The notes: generated from the sequence alone by a model not told the origin. Positions 8,629 through 17,510 are shown, numbered from the stretch's first letter. The stretch is 64,000 bases of DNA from an uncultured Gammaproteobacteria bacterium (GCA_964415025.1 CAYPXF010000001.1:78629-142628), one strand, 5' to 3'. Numbers and translations are program-made.

Positions 8629-10053
8629 CTAAGTTCTCCCAATCCTCTCCACCGCCTGTTTATAGAGCAACGCATTCGCGATCGCTCCGGTCATCTGCGG
8701 CTGGAGGCGCTGGAGATAGAGTAGGTTGTCAGCCGTGTAGGCCTCCTTGTTTTCTTTCTTGCCGAAGAAAAACGCCCCAACTAACTCCCCTGGTTCGCCG
8801 ACCGGCACTACCAGCCAGACGCCCATGGCTTTCAGTTCCCGCTCGATACTCTCCAGCATTTGCTGTTCACCCTCGTCCTTCTCCTCCTTGAGGTAGGGAA
8901 TCTCTTCGGTAACGATAATACTTTCCTGCTCGCGCAGATAGCGAAATAGCGCCGTATCGGATCCCGCCTGCACCCGCCGCTCATCAGGATAATAATTTTC
9001 CAGGATATTCTTCTGTCGATTTAGCCAGATGAATTGGATATCAGAGGCACCGAGAAACTCGCTAAATTCAGCTCGTATCCGCTTAATCAGCTGATCAAAC
9101 TGCAGAGAGGACGACATAATACTGCGCAGTTTGCTTGATTCAGCCTTTGTATCCTTTTGCTGTGAATAAAATACACGGTCGATCGCTTTTACTAATAATC
9201 GCCGCAGCGGTTCGATTGTCAGGGCAATGATTAAAACAATTAGTATGGTAGTCGCTTGCTCGGACCAACTGTAATTGATTTCTAATAGCCTTTTCGAGAA
9301 AAGTAATAAGTAAATGTATATAGCTGATAGCAGTATTATCGACAAAGAATATACAATTCCTTTTCTTATCACTAATCTAATATCAAGCAACCTATAACGT
9401 AAAATAGAATATGCAAAAGCTAGTGAAATAAATATTGTTCCTAATGAACCCCAGTAACTTTTAATATTTTCGATAAAATAGGGCAAAATTAAATCAGCTA
9501 GGGATCCAATTAATGATGCTAAAGCAAAACCAAATATAACATATTTTAATTTTACTTTTTCTAGTGGTTTACAATTTTTGTATTTTTTATATATAACAAA
9601 AAAAGTGATAATTAAATAAATAATTATATAGAGTGAAAATACATAGTGATAATCACCATACACCGGGGTGCCGAGGCCATCTTCATTAATAAATTGATCC
9701 TTAAAAAATGCATTACCCAAAGACGTCCACCCGATAATGATTGGGGGTATTGTTAATAAAATTATATGAATGAGTTTTACTCTACTTTTGTAAGGAAAAA
9801 ATATTGAAAATAATAGAAATGAGGGGACGATTAATCCTCCCATTAAAAATGAAACTCTCCCAAAAACAGCGGTTACTTCAGCGCTTCCAGTAAAATAGGC
9901 AAAATAATTACCTGCTAGCCAACCATTTAGAATAATAATCAGTATAAAGTAGGTCCACTTAATTCCGCTTCTCTTGCTTCTCACGAGTACCAAAAACGCA
10001 ACTGCAAAGTTTATTAGAATTACTACTAGATATATAATTTTTATTAAAGACAT
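8629..10053 (-). CDS. 7TM sensor module plus GAF domain protein (histidine-kinase-like N-terminus without kinase domains)
   Basis: N-terminal 7TM region paralogous to that of the 528-3365 kinase; C-terminal GAF-like region; ORF ends exactly at the repeat block of the IS element. Confidence 0.6.
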   Translation of the reverse strand: MSLIKIIYLVVILINFAVAFLVLVRSKRSGIKWTYFILIIILNGWLAGNYFAYFTGSAEVTAVFGRVSFLMGGLIVPSFLLFSIFFPYKSRVKLIHIILLTIPPIIIGWTSLGNAFFKDQFINEDGLGTPVYGDYHYVFSLYIIIYLIITFFVIYKKYKNCKPLEKVKLKYVIFGFALASLIGSLADLILPYFIENIKSYWGSLGTIFISLAFAYSILRYRLLDIRLVIRKGIVYSLSIILLSAIYIYLLLFSKRLLEINYSWSEQATTILIVLIIALTIEPLRRLLVKAIDRVFYSQQKDTKAESSKLRSIMSSSLQFDQLIKRIRAEFSEFLGASDIQFIWLNRQKNILENYYPDERRVQAGSDTALFRYLREQESIIVTEEIPYLKEEKDEGEQQMLESIERELKAMGVWLVVPVGEPGELVGAFFFGKKENKEAYTADNLLYLQRLQPQMTGAIANALLYKQAVERIGRT

Positions 10054-10103
10054 ATAGTTTCCCTCGAATTACAATTTATTTCTAAATCACTCTTTTTTGG
10101 TTG

Positions 10104-11903
10104 TTAGCTTTTTGACTTTCTAGTTTTTCCGTACTTCGTAACTGCCCATAAATACATTAATGAATTTTTGATATATGTATTCATATGCATAACAATTTTT
10201 TTGATTGCCATGATATCCTGCACATTATAGGAGCTCTGTTTATTGATCGCCGCTATTACTCCTAATAATTCATTATTTGAAATAACGGGTATCAACAGGG
10301 AAATACTATGGTCAGCCATGGCTTTTTTAATTGCTTGAAAATAATCTTTCGGTATCCCATTTTGATAATATTGTGCATAGCTGGGAATCTCGCTAAATAC
10401 TAATATATTGCCGGTACGCACTAAATATTCTGTCAAATAACTATTATTATTCAGAATTAATGTATCAGCTTCATGAGATGGCATCTGAAAAGAGCTATAT
10501 ACAATTGCTCTTCGAGCTTCATGTTTGAGATACAGCGAGATATGTTCAGCTTTAAGCAAGTGCTGTACCTGGGAAGTAAAAGCATCTAAATCATCAATAA
10601 ATTTATTATAAACGTTACTATGTACTCCCGACGCAGATAACCGCTTGCTGTAGCTATTATCTGTGCTCTGTTCCTGATTCAGAATTATTTCAGCACTAAT
10701 TTTTTTCTGCTTATTTATTTGATGAATATTATTTCGCAGGGGTCTACTGTTTTGTTTTTTTACAATACTATACTGGTGTTTAATTTTTGAAATCATCCCC
10801 TGTCTCAAAGCTTTATTTTGTGCTGGTGTAAAGGTAAATTTTTCATCCAGTTGTTCTGCTGCTTGCGTAAGTAACTTGTTATCAAAATATTTTATTTCAT
10901 CAGCAATCTCATTATTATCTGTCCGTACCAGTGCGACTTCATACCCAGCGCCGACCATTGCCTTATAACTTTCTAGATATACGTTAGCTCCAAAAATATA
11001 TAATTGCGGCTGGGGCGAATCACCCGCCGTAAATGTGAAAGACTTATCAAGAGTGTCATTATCTAAGAATTTTATCAGCTCTTGGAAACGTAACTGCAGT
11101 TCCTTGGCGGAATACCCCATCTGAATTAATAAATTTGACCGAGGCGTCAACATGCATCGCACCGTTATGTTATTTTTAACCAGTTTGCTGATCAGTTTTT
11201 GCTCCCGCTTGCAATAACAAGTTTGCCTGCTATTTGTTGCGACATCTTTATCCGAATGTGAAAAACAGGATAAGCCGGTATGTAATCGAAGTATATTATT
11301 ATGCTGTGACGGTCGTAGTAGCATATCAGCCCCTTTCTGCAACCATGCATATCTTTCTTCTTTCGAATGTATATAAAGCGGATAACGGCCGGTGGGATTC
11401 TTCTCTAGAGCCGTAGTAATAATTGATTTAATACTCTTATCTTTTTCCGCAAAAACTATTTTCCCGTCAAATTCGTCAATTGTTTCTATGAGGGCAGCGG
11501 CAGTTTGTCTGACGATATTACCGCAATAATTAAATCTAGATATTGAATCAAAATTCTGATATTCAGATACTAAATTATTACAAATATAGCTCCCCTTTGT
11601 TGATAAGCGTTTGTCTATTTTCCTGCGAAAAGCAATAATAATTTCCATAAGTTTTGGGGATACGGACTCGTTATCTTCAGCCGGTCCAAATATATGCGCT
11701 AAGATCATTTCGGCTGCCGCGATCGCGCCGCAACAGCGACTGCCATCCAGCCCACCACGCCGCAAACTATGCAGACCAGGGGACATAGAATCAAATGCCT
11801 TGGCTATGGCAATGCTGCATCCATAGTGTTCGCCATCATGATTTCCAAAATAGTAATCCTGTGATTTTTGAATGTATTGTTTGGAAATATTATCGATTGC
11901 CAT
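10104..11903 (-). CDS. C_GCAxxG_C_C-family domain protein with C-terminal GAF-like domain
   Basis: N-terminal HYGCSIAIAKAF...RCCGAIAAAEMIL matches the C-GCAxxG-C-C motif; C-terminal LLIPVISNNELLGVIAAINK is GAF-like. Confidence 0.55.
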   Translation of the reverse strand: MAIDNISKQYIQKSQDYYFGNHDGEHYGCSIAIAKAFDSMSPGLHSLRRGGLDGSRCCGAIAAAEMILAHIFGPAEDNESVSPKLMEIIIAFRRKIDKRLSTKGSYICNNLVSEYQNFDSISRFNYCGNIVRQTAAALIETIDEFDGKIVFAEKDKSIKSIITTALEKNPTGRYPLYIHSKEERYAWLQKGADMLLRPSQHNNILRLHTGLSCFSHSDKDVATNSRQTCYCKREQKLISKLVKNNITVRCMLTPRSNLLIQMGYSAKELQLRFQELIKFLDNDTLDKSFTFTAGDSPQPQLYIFGANVYLESYKAMVGAGYEVALVRTDNNEIADEIKYFDNKLLTQAAEQLDEKFTFTPAQNKALRQGMISKIKHQYSIVKKQNSRPLRNNIHQINKQKKISAEIILNQEQSTDNSYSKRLSASGVHSNVYNKFIDDLDAFTSQVQHLLKAEHISLYLKHEARRAIVYSSFQMPSHEADTLILNNNSYLTEYLVRTGNILVFSEIPSYAQYYQNGIPKDYFQAIKKAMADHSISLLIPVISNNELLGVIAAINKQSSYNVQDIMAIKKIVMHMNTYIKNSLMYLWAVTKYGKTRKSKS

Positions 11904-11905
11904 AT

Positions 11906-12499
11906 TTACAATTTATTCCTAAAATTTTCGTCCTTATCCATTAATTCCTCCAGCAGCTGGCGGAGGAAATCAGCTTTTGTTTTCTTAATCTTCTTCGCTT
12001 TCCAGAGGAGGTAACGCTCCATGCGGGGGGTGATGCGCAGGGTGAATTTTATAGTCGGCTTTTGCTTCAGCCCTTTTCCCTCGCTGACCTCATGCAGGAA
12101 ATCCATGACCGTCTGCTCCAGGTCCTGCTTGGTATATTTGGCCAGGCGCATGTATTCGGGCGTGTTTTTCTTGGTCAGGTAGCCGTGGGCGATTTTTTCC
12201 GGGGTGCCTTTTTTATACAGGTAGAGCAACGGCTTTTTCTGGGAAATGGCGTAGGCCAGGAGATAGCCGATTTCCTGGTCCGGCTTGGATGCCTCCACGA
12301 TGATACAGTCCATCTTGTCCAGCAGTATCTCCCCTGACTCCTGCATGCGCTCGAGTTCCTCTTTCTTAAAATCAGTATTATTCTCGTCTGATGAGGCCAC
12401 TACAAATACACCGGCCTGCCGTAGTGTTTCGACGACAGTCTTATAATTCTGGTCGAGTTCGGTGGTAGATATTAATGGTGAGAAAAAGTAAACGCGCAT
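11906..12499 (-). CDS. nucleoside 2-deoxyribosyltransferase-like domain fused to C-terminal ribbon-helix-helix (CopG-like) domain
   Basis: N-terminus RVYFFSPL (compare KIYLAGP), EASKPDQEIGYLLAYAISQKKPL (catalytic Glu-type motif); C-terminus KFTLRITPRMERYLLWKAKKIKKTKADFLRQLLEEL is RHH-like. Confidence 0.45.
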   Translation of the reverse strand: MRVYFFSPLISTTELDQNYKTVVETLRQAGVFVVASSDENNTDFKKEELERMQESGEILLDKMDCIIVEASKPDQEIGYLLAYAISQKKPLLYLYKKGTPEKIAHGYLTKKNTPEYMRLAKYTKQDLEQTVMDFLHEVSEGKGLKQKPTIKFTLRITPRMERYLLWKAKKIKKTKADFLRQLLEELMDKDENFRNKL

Positions 12500-12507
12500 T
12501 GTATTCG

Positions 12508-12951
12508 TTATAGTTTAACGGTTTGGGTTTGGCGGCTCGTATCGTCTAACGTTTTCGTTTCACGTCTATTTATAAATTTATCCCAGGCCACAGCTAGTTT
12601 AAATAACTGACGGGCTGACTTATCATACATATCGATAAGTTGGGTACATAAAGTAACCTCAATATGATAAATATCTTTCACTTGCTCAATACTGACAATA
12701 CATTCATTGCTTTCTGCCATAGCATCATCAATATATTTCTGAAATCCTGCTCGTTGATGCTTTTTAGCATATCCTTCAGCGACCAATCGCGGTGCTGCTT
12801 TAGACGACCTGCTGAGCTGATCTTTCAAATCATATCTCTCACTCGTAGGCAATTTTGGGATAATTCTCGTCATCACTAAAATACATGCTTTATATAAATT
12901 TTGATAAACGTCTAAATCTCGAAAGCTTCTGATTTTATTCTTACTATCCAT
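12508..12951 (-). CDS. four-helix-bundle protein (23S rRNA intervening-sequence protein family, TIGR02436-like)
   Basis: FRDLDVYQNLYKA...ERYDLKDQLSRSSKAAPRLVAEGYAK family signature. Confidence 0.7.
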   Translation of the reverse strand: MDSKNKIRSFRDLDVYQNLYKACILVMTRIIPKLPTSERYDLKDQLSRSSKAAPRLVAEGYAKKHQRAGFQKYIDDAMAESNECIVSIEQVKDIYHIEVTLCTQLIDMYDKSARQLFKLAVAWDKFINRRETKTLDDTSRQTQTVKL

Positions 12952-13043
12952 AATTTTTTAGTGTAATTATTGCTTTTAACACAATACCTTTTAACTATGC
13001 CGATACGAGCTGCAATAACGTTAACCGGATAACGAAACCCTCC

Positions 13044-14054
13044 CTATTTAAAAGGTTCAACTGTATCGTCCTGCCACATAAACATTCTTATCTTACCAAT
13101 ATCGTTCGTCTGCCCGAGCGCCCACATAAACTTCACAAACGTGATTTCAAACGTCATATCATTTATCAAAATATACTCCCGCTTCTTTTTCTTGACGTCC
13201 AGGGCAAAAGGGTTGTGCGCCACGATGGGGATTTGCTGCTGGTAGGCTTTAGCTAATATTGGTTTAAATGAATCAGGAAATAAATTCGTGTTAAAACTTT
13301 TGACAATAACGCCTTGGCACTGATCGGTCAGCATGTTTTCCAGCAGTTCGGGTCTAGCGCCGGGGTAGAGCTGGAGTAAACAGACTTTATCGGCTATTGC
13401 ATGGTTCAGCTGTAATGCGCCTTTGCGCCGTTTACGGGCCCGGCTAAAAAGCTTGATGCCGAAATCGACCTTGCCCAGCATTCCCTCTTTATCAGCGTCG
13501 AAGAAATTAAACGACGGCGTGTCGCCTTTGGCCGTGGCCGTGGCCCGGATCAGCCGATTGCCAAACATAATGGCTACTTCGGACAGATCCATGGTCGCCA
13601 CCTGGATAGCATTGATTAGGTTTGCTTTCACGCCCAGTGATTTGTAGTCAGAGATCAGGCCGGACAAATCCTGCTTGTCAGATTCTGCTACCTCGGCCGA
13701 CAGCGGCGACCCGGTGAAGACTACCGGCTTACCCAAATTCCCCAGCATGAAGTGCATCATGGCCGCGGTATAGATCATGGTGTCCACGCCGTGGATTATC
13801 ACAAATCCGTCGTACTGCTCATACAGCTCCTTGATTTTCTTGCCGAGCGTGACCCACAGTTCGGGCTTGATTTCCGAAGCGTCCTCGCCAAACACAAACA
13901 CCGGCTCGATGTCCGCGATCAGGTTTATTTCAGGCACAGCACTAAGCCACGGCTTGATATCAGCTGGTTTTTGCACAGACAGAACCCGTTTGTCAGCGAT
14001 CAGCGCCGTCCCGCCGCAGAATAGTAATGCTATTTTTTCGTTCGACTTTGGCAT
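13044..14054 (-). CDS. L-asparaginase (type I) / asparaginase-glutaminase family
   Basis: LFCGGTA N-terminal threonine motif, HGVDTM, 336 aa. Confidence 0.7.
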   Translation of the reverse strand: MPKSNEKIALLFCGGTALIADKRVLSVQKPADIKPWLSAVPEINLIADIEPVFVFGEDASEIKPELWVTLGKKIKELYEQYDGFVIIHGVDTMIYTAAMMHFMLGNLGKPVVFTGSPLSAEVAESDKQDLSGLISDYKSLGVKANLINAIQVATMDLSEVAIMFGNRLIRATATAKGDTPSFNFFDADKEGMLGKVDFGIKLFSRARKRRKGALQLNHAIADKVCLLQLYPGARPELLENMLTDQCQGVIVKSFNTNLFPDSFKPILAKAYQQQIPIVAHNPFALDVKKKKREYILINDMTFEITFVKFMWALGQTNDIGKIRMFMWQDDTVEPFK

Positions 14055-14104
14055 TTGAAAATATCCAATTCCTTAATATCCAATATCCAATCAATGACTA
14101 ATGC

Positions 14105-14773
14105 TTAATGCTTTTTAGTTATTAAATATAAAATACTTGCCAAAACAAAGAAAGCTGAATATGGACCCATCCAAATTAATTGATAATTCCCTATTAAAGG
14201 TAAAATCAAATTGAAAGTAACACCTATGGAAAAACCAATGATAAACCCTATTGAAATATATTGTAATTGTATCTTATTGACTCCTTCACTTGTCCTGAGC
14301 TTCTTAAACAGTATAACAAAGGAATTAATAATATAAGCTAAAAATACCGCTACATACAAATAGTATGCCTCATTTAAAATAATTATGTTCCCACTATCTG
14401 TTTTTTCCGCGTGGTTGATTAGAACTGATGGCGCTACTATAAGTATAATTAATATTAATGCAGGTATATATAGCAGGAATATTTTTCTTTTATCGATTTT
14501 TAGAGACGGAAATGGATATACTAATGAAAAATAATAAAAAGTTGGCGCAATTAATATCGCTGCGATATAATAGAGCACCGCATAAACTACAGCATAATCC
14601 AAATTGTTGCTTATAATAAATAATCCTAAACCCACACTCCATAATCCCGCAAAAAAGAATAACAGCGCAAATGATAAATTAATATGTGATTTTCGATTTC
14701 TGCCGTAAATGTAGCCGGTAATTACAAAACTTATTGCGGTTATTACAAATAATATTATACTTTTTATTTCCAT
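14105..14773 (-). CDS. stand-alone 7TM sensor-module membrane protein (paralog of the kinase N-termini)
   Basis: 7 predicted TM helices; N-terminus similar to those of the 528-3365 and 8629-10053 products. Confidence 0.55.
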   Translation of the reverse strand: MEIKSIILFVITAISFVITGYIYGRNRKSHINLSFALLFFFAGLWSVGLGLFIISNNLDYAVVYAVLYYIAAILIAPTFYYFSLVYPFPSLKIDKRKIFLLYIPALILIILIVAPSVLINHAEKTDSGNIIILNEAYYLYVAVFLAYIINSFVILFKKLRTSEGVNKIQLQYISIGFIIGFSIGVTFNLILPLIGNYQLIWMGPYSAFFVLASILYLITKKH

Positions 14774-15266
14774 ATTGACTAATAACTAACAACTAACTAC
14801 CAAACAATTATCCAAAAACCAACACCTAAAAACCTATGCTCCATATTTCCCTTATATTATGCGCCGTCGCGGATTAGAGCGCCGTCGCACTTTTACCCTA
14901 CCCTACTGCTCATATTTTCGTCAATATTGCATTATCCACTACTATGTGGAAAACTAACAATAAATTTTAAAAAATTCCTTTATTTAAAGGGCTAATGCAG
15001 TAATATATAAAGCCGCTATTCTATATATACAAAGGAATTGCACATTACGAAAAAACCTCTTATCATAGGATAAAACCAATTGCTGGCTACATCGTGTGTC
15101 AAACAATTACCCCCCTAGTTTCCTGATATGATTCTGGCCGGCATTTTTTATTGCATTATTATACCGATATGATTAGGTGTGCTATAGTATAGGTGGTTCT
15201 TCATTCTGGAGTTTTTCATATAGATTCATGGTTTTGTACAAAACCATACCGTACTTTCATTCATAC

Positions 15267-15327
15267 CCCGGCCATAATTCACGATTTCTAGTACCCGACT
15301 TATTTACATTATGGCCGGGTTTTTTTA
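15267..15327 (+). terminator. long-loop hairpin followed by T7 (terminator-like or structured RNA)
   Basis: ccccggccataa ... ttatggccgggt with T-run 15321-15327; loop about 30 nt. Confidence 0.3.
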
Positions 15328-15458
15328 TATGCATATTTTTGGTATACTTATTCTGCTCCTTTCTTAAGACAAGTCCCACCTCTTCTTCTTTATTTAATAC
15401 CCTGGTTACTGCTAATACTAAGAGTAGAGGTGGGTATTTTTTTATGCACAAAAAGCCC

Positions 15459-15486
15459 TTGACGGCCTGAAAATATTGGGTATAAT
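15459..15486 (+). promoter_or_regulatory. sigma70-like promoter TTGACG-16-TATAAT
   Basis: 15459 ttgacg, 15481 tataat; followed 7 nt later by a 13-bp stem terminator (15493-15528). Confidence 0.45.
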
Positions 15487-15492
15487 GCAAAT

Positions 15493-15528
15493 AGAACGAC
15501 CACTGGCCCACGGTGGTTGTTCTTTTTT
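15493..15528 (+). terminator. rho-independent terminator/attenuator immediately downstream of the promoter
   Basis: agaacgaccactgg/cggtggttgttct stem (with G-U pairs) plus a T6 run. Confidence 0.45.
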
Positions 15529-15586
15529 AATTTTCCGCCTGAAAATTAAAAAACACTAGGTTATCGAGGTGTGCTATTACCCTATA

Positions 15587-15798
15587 TTGACATGCTTATT
15601 GCCTGGTATACAATAAAACTAGAACCTTCTAATACCCGCTACAATATCCCCCCAATGGGCAAAGCCACATCAAGTCGTAACCAATTTGCTTTTGATCTGA
15701 CAACATTATGAGGGGGAAACATGGACTGCCGTGTCCATGGTCTATTCTGTCAATCCCAGGAAGCATAGCCTACCATTTATGCTGCCTGGGATTTTTTT
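15587..15798 (+). ncRNA. candidate small transcription unit (promoter TTGACA-16-TACAAT at 15587-15614, terminator 15755-15798); roughly 180-nt RNA with a 15-codon micro-ORF
   Basis: consensus-like promoter; terminator cccaggaagcat/atgctgcctggg plus T7; GAGGGGGAAAC-ATG micro-ORF MDCRVHGLFCQSQEA at 15721-15768. Confidence 0.35.
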
Positions 15799-16118
15799 AT
15801 ACACGTGATAACGAAATGAATAAACTCAACTAGCCGGGGGTCTGATAAGTAGTGTTTGACATATTCGGCGACTTATTTATACTATTAGAGCAGTGTAATA
15901 TACTGCGATTATACTCCATATCTAACAGCCGGGTCATGCGTGGCCTGGCTGCGAACATCGATCTTTTAATATAAAAATCCTTGATCTGGTTCTGCCCGAT
16001 GTACATACAGGTCTTGTTTTCTCTCAACAACGCCACTCGGTAACGGGTGGCGTCTTTATTACAATAAAATATTTGTCATTCCCAAAAATAACCCGCTGCA
16101 TTCATAGTCAAATCAAGC

Positions 16119-16183
16119 CGCCCGCTGCGCGGGAGATTCTTCACCCACGCACCTTCAAAAGGTGCGCGGTTCAGGATGCCAAC
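16119..16183 (+). repeat. two-hairpin GC-rich intergenic motif, copy B
   Basis: about 80% identical to 7646-7710 with a compensatory a>g / t>c change in stem 2. Confidence 0.55.
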
Positions 16184-16220
16184 AAGGGTAAGGATAGAGT
16201 ACCCACTGACAAATATTTAT

Positions 16221-17510
16221 TTATTTCCAGGCCAACCCCTGGCGGACCAATAGTTCCCCTGCCCGGAGCGGCTCGGCCATGAGCTCCTTCACTATTTTTT
16301 CCATGCGTGCGCCTTGGGAACCCTTTACCAGAACAATATCGCCTTTTTTCATCCGCTGCTGGATAAACTTACCGGCAGATTCTGTATCAGCAAAACTGTA
16401 AACCTGTTCAGTGGCCATACCTGCTTGTCTGGCTCCCTCGGCAATTAGTTTGGCGCGTTCACCTACAGTAACCAGATAATCACACGTAGTAGCGGCTGTT
16501 TCGCCTACTTCACGGTGGCCCTGTTCAGTATACGAACCCAGCTCCAGCATGTCACCGAGCGCGGCAAACTTCTTGCCAGACACCGTCATATCAGCCAAAA
16601 CCTTGAGCGCGGCTCTGGCCGCCATTGGTGATGAATTATAGGAGTCGTCAATTAGTGACGTATGCTTGATGCCGGGTAAGAGCCGCATGCGTCCAGCCGG
16701 CGACTGGTACTGTTTAAGCGCGGCAGAAATATCGGCCAAATTCATATCCATGGCAATACCGACTGCCGCTGCGGCCAAGGCGCTGTATACCTGGTGGGTC
16801 CCCAGGACTGAAGGCAAAAACACCGGCACGGTTGAGCCCTGATACTGCAGCTTAAAACTAATACCTTTTATATCCTGGTCTATCCAGGGATCTGGTGAAT
16901 GGCCGGTAGAAATACTGACTTCCGTAGCTCTAACCTGCGTTTGCTCTGAAAAACCGAACGATACTATCTGCGCTCTGGTCTTTTCCCGGGTTTGAGTAAC
17001 CAGCGAGTCATCAGTATTCAGTACAGCGAAGTCGTCCTTTTTCAATCGGGCGATAATCTGCTGTTTTTCGCGCATGACTTTATCCACACTGCCGAACAGC
17101 TCAGTATGTACCGAGCCGATTGCCGTAATCACACTAATATGGGGTGGCGCGATAGCCGTCAAATAACTTATGTCACCAGGCTTATCAGCGCCCATTTCCA
17201 AAACTAGTACTTCTGGATACTCCTTCTTGGTGAATAAAACCATGCCCGTTGCCCGAAGAAAAATACCTACCCAAATAAATGGATTTTTCCGGCCTGACTC
17301 CATGCCCAGAATAGCCAGCGGCAGGCCGATTTCATTGTTATAGTTGCCGATATTTTTGCCCACTCGATATTTCCCGGATAACACAGTAACTATTGCTTCT
17401 TTAGTAGCTGTTTTGCCTACGCTGCCGGTAATACCAATGATGATGGGTTTATACTTCTGTAAAACCCAGCGGGCGAAGAGCTTTAGTTTCCACTCTATAA
17501 TACGTTTCAT
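16221..17510 (-). CDS. murF: Mur ligase family protein, probable UDP-MurNAc-tripeptide--D-Ala-D-Ala ligase, N-terminal domain absent
   Basis: P-loop IIGITGSVGKTATKEAI at residue about 25; Mur ligase central and C-terminal regions; position downstream of ftsI in the dcw cluster. Confidence 0.6.
   Translation of the reverse strand: MKRIIEWKLKLFARWVLQKYKPIIIGITGSVGKTATKEAIVTVLSGKYRVGKNIGNYNNEIGLPLAILGMESGRKNPFIWVGIFLRATGMVLFTKKEYPEVLVLEMGADKPGDISYLTAIAPPHISVITAIGSVHTELFGSVDKVMREKQQIIARLKKDDFAVLNTDDSLVTQTREKTRAQIVSFGFSEQTQVRATEVSISTGHSPDPWIDQDIKGISFKLQYQGSTVPVFLPSVLGTHQVYSALAAAAVGIAMDMNLADISAALKQYQSPAGRMRLLPGIKHTSLIDDSYNSSPMAARAALKVLADMTVSGKKFAALGDMLELGSYTEQGHREVGETAATTCDYLVTVGERAKLIAEGARQAGMATEQVYSFADTESAGKFIQQRMKKGDIVLVKGSQGARMEKIVKELMAEPLRAGELLVRQGLAWK

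Larger units (their letters stand above)
7640..8640 (-). mobile_element. putative IS200/IS605-like or RAYT/REP element (transposase plus flanking hairpin repeats)
   Basis: transposase flanked upstream by two copies of a 60-bp repeat (8326-8390, 8556-8616) and downstream by the GC-rich hairpin motif 7646-7710; element boundaries uncertain. Confidence 0.4.

Noticed and set aside
11906-12951. Toxin-antitoxin or antiphage defence pair (RHH-containing protein plus four-helix-bundle protein)
   Set aside because: The four-helix-bundle family is widespread and not a known toxin, and no nuclease or ATPase partner is present; only the unusual fusion itself is kept as a finding.
16073-16282. 69-aa + strand ORF
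   Set aside because: Overlaps the 3' end of murF and coincides with the GC-rich two-hairpin repeat; its Pro/Arg-rich translation is typical of GC-rich non-coding sequence.
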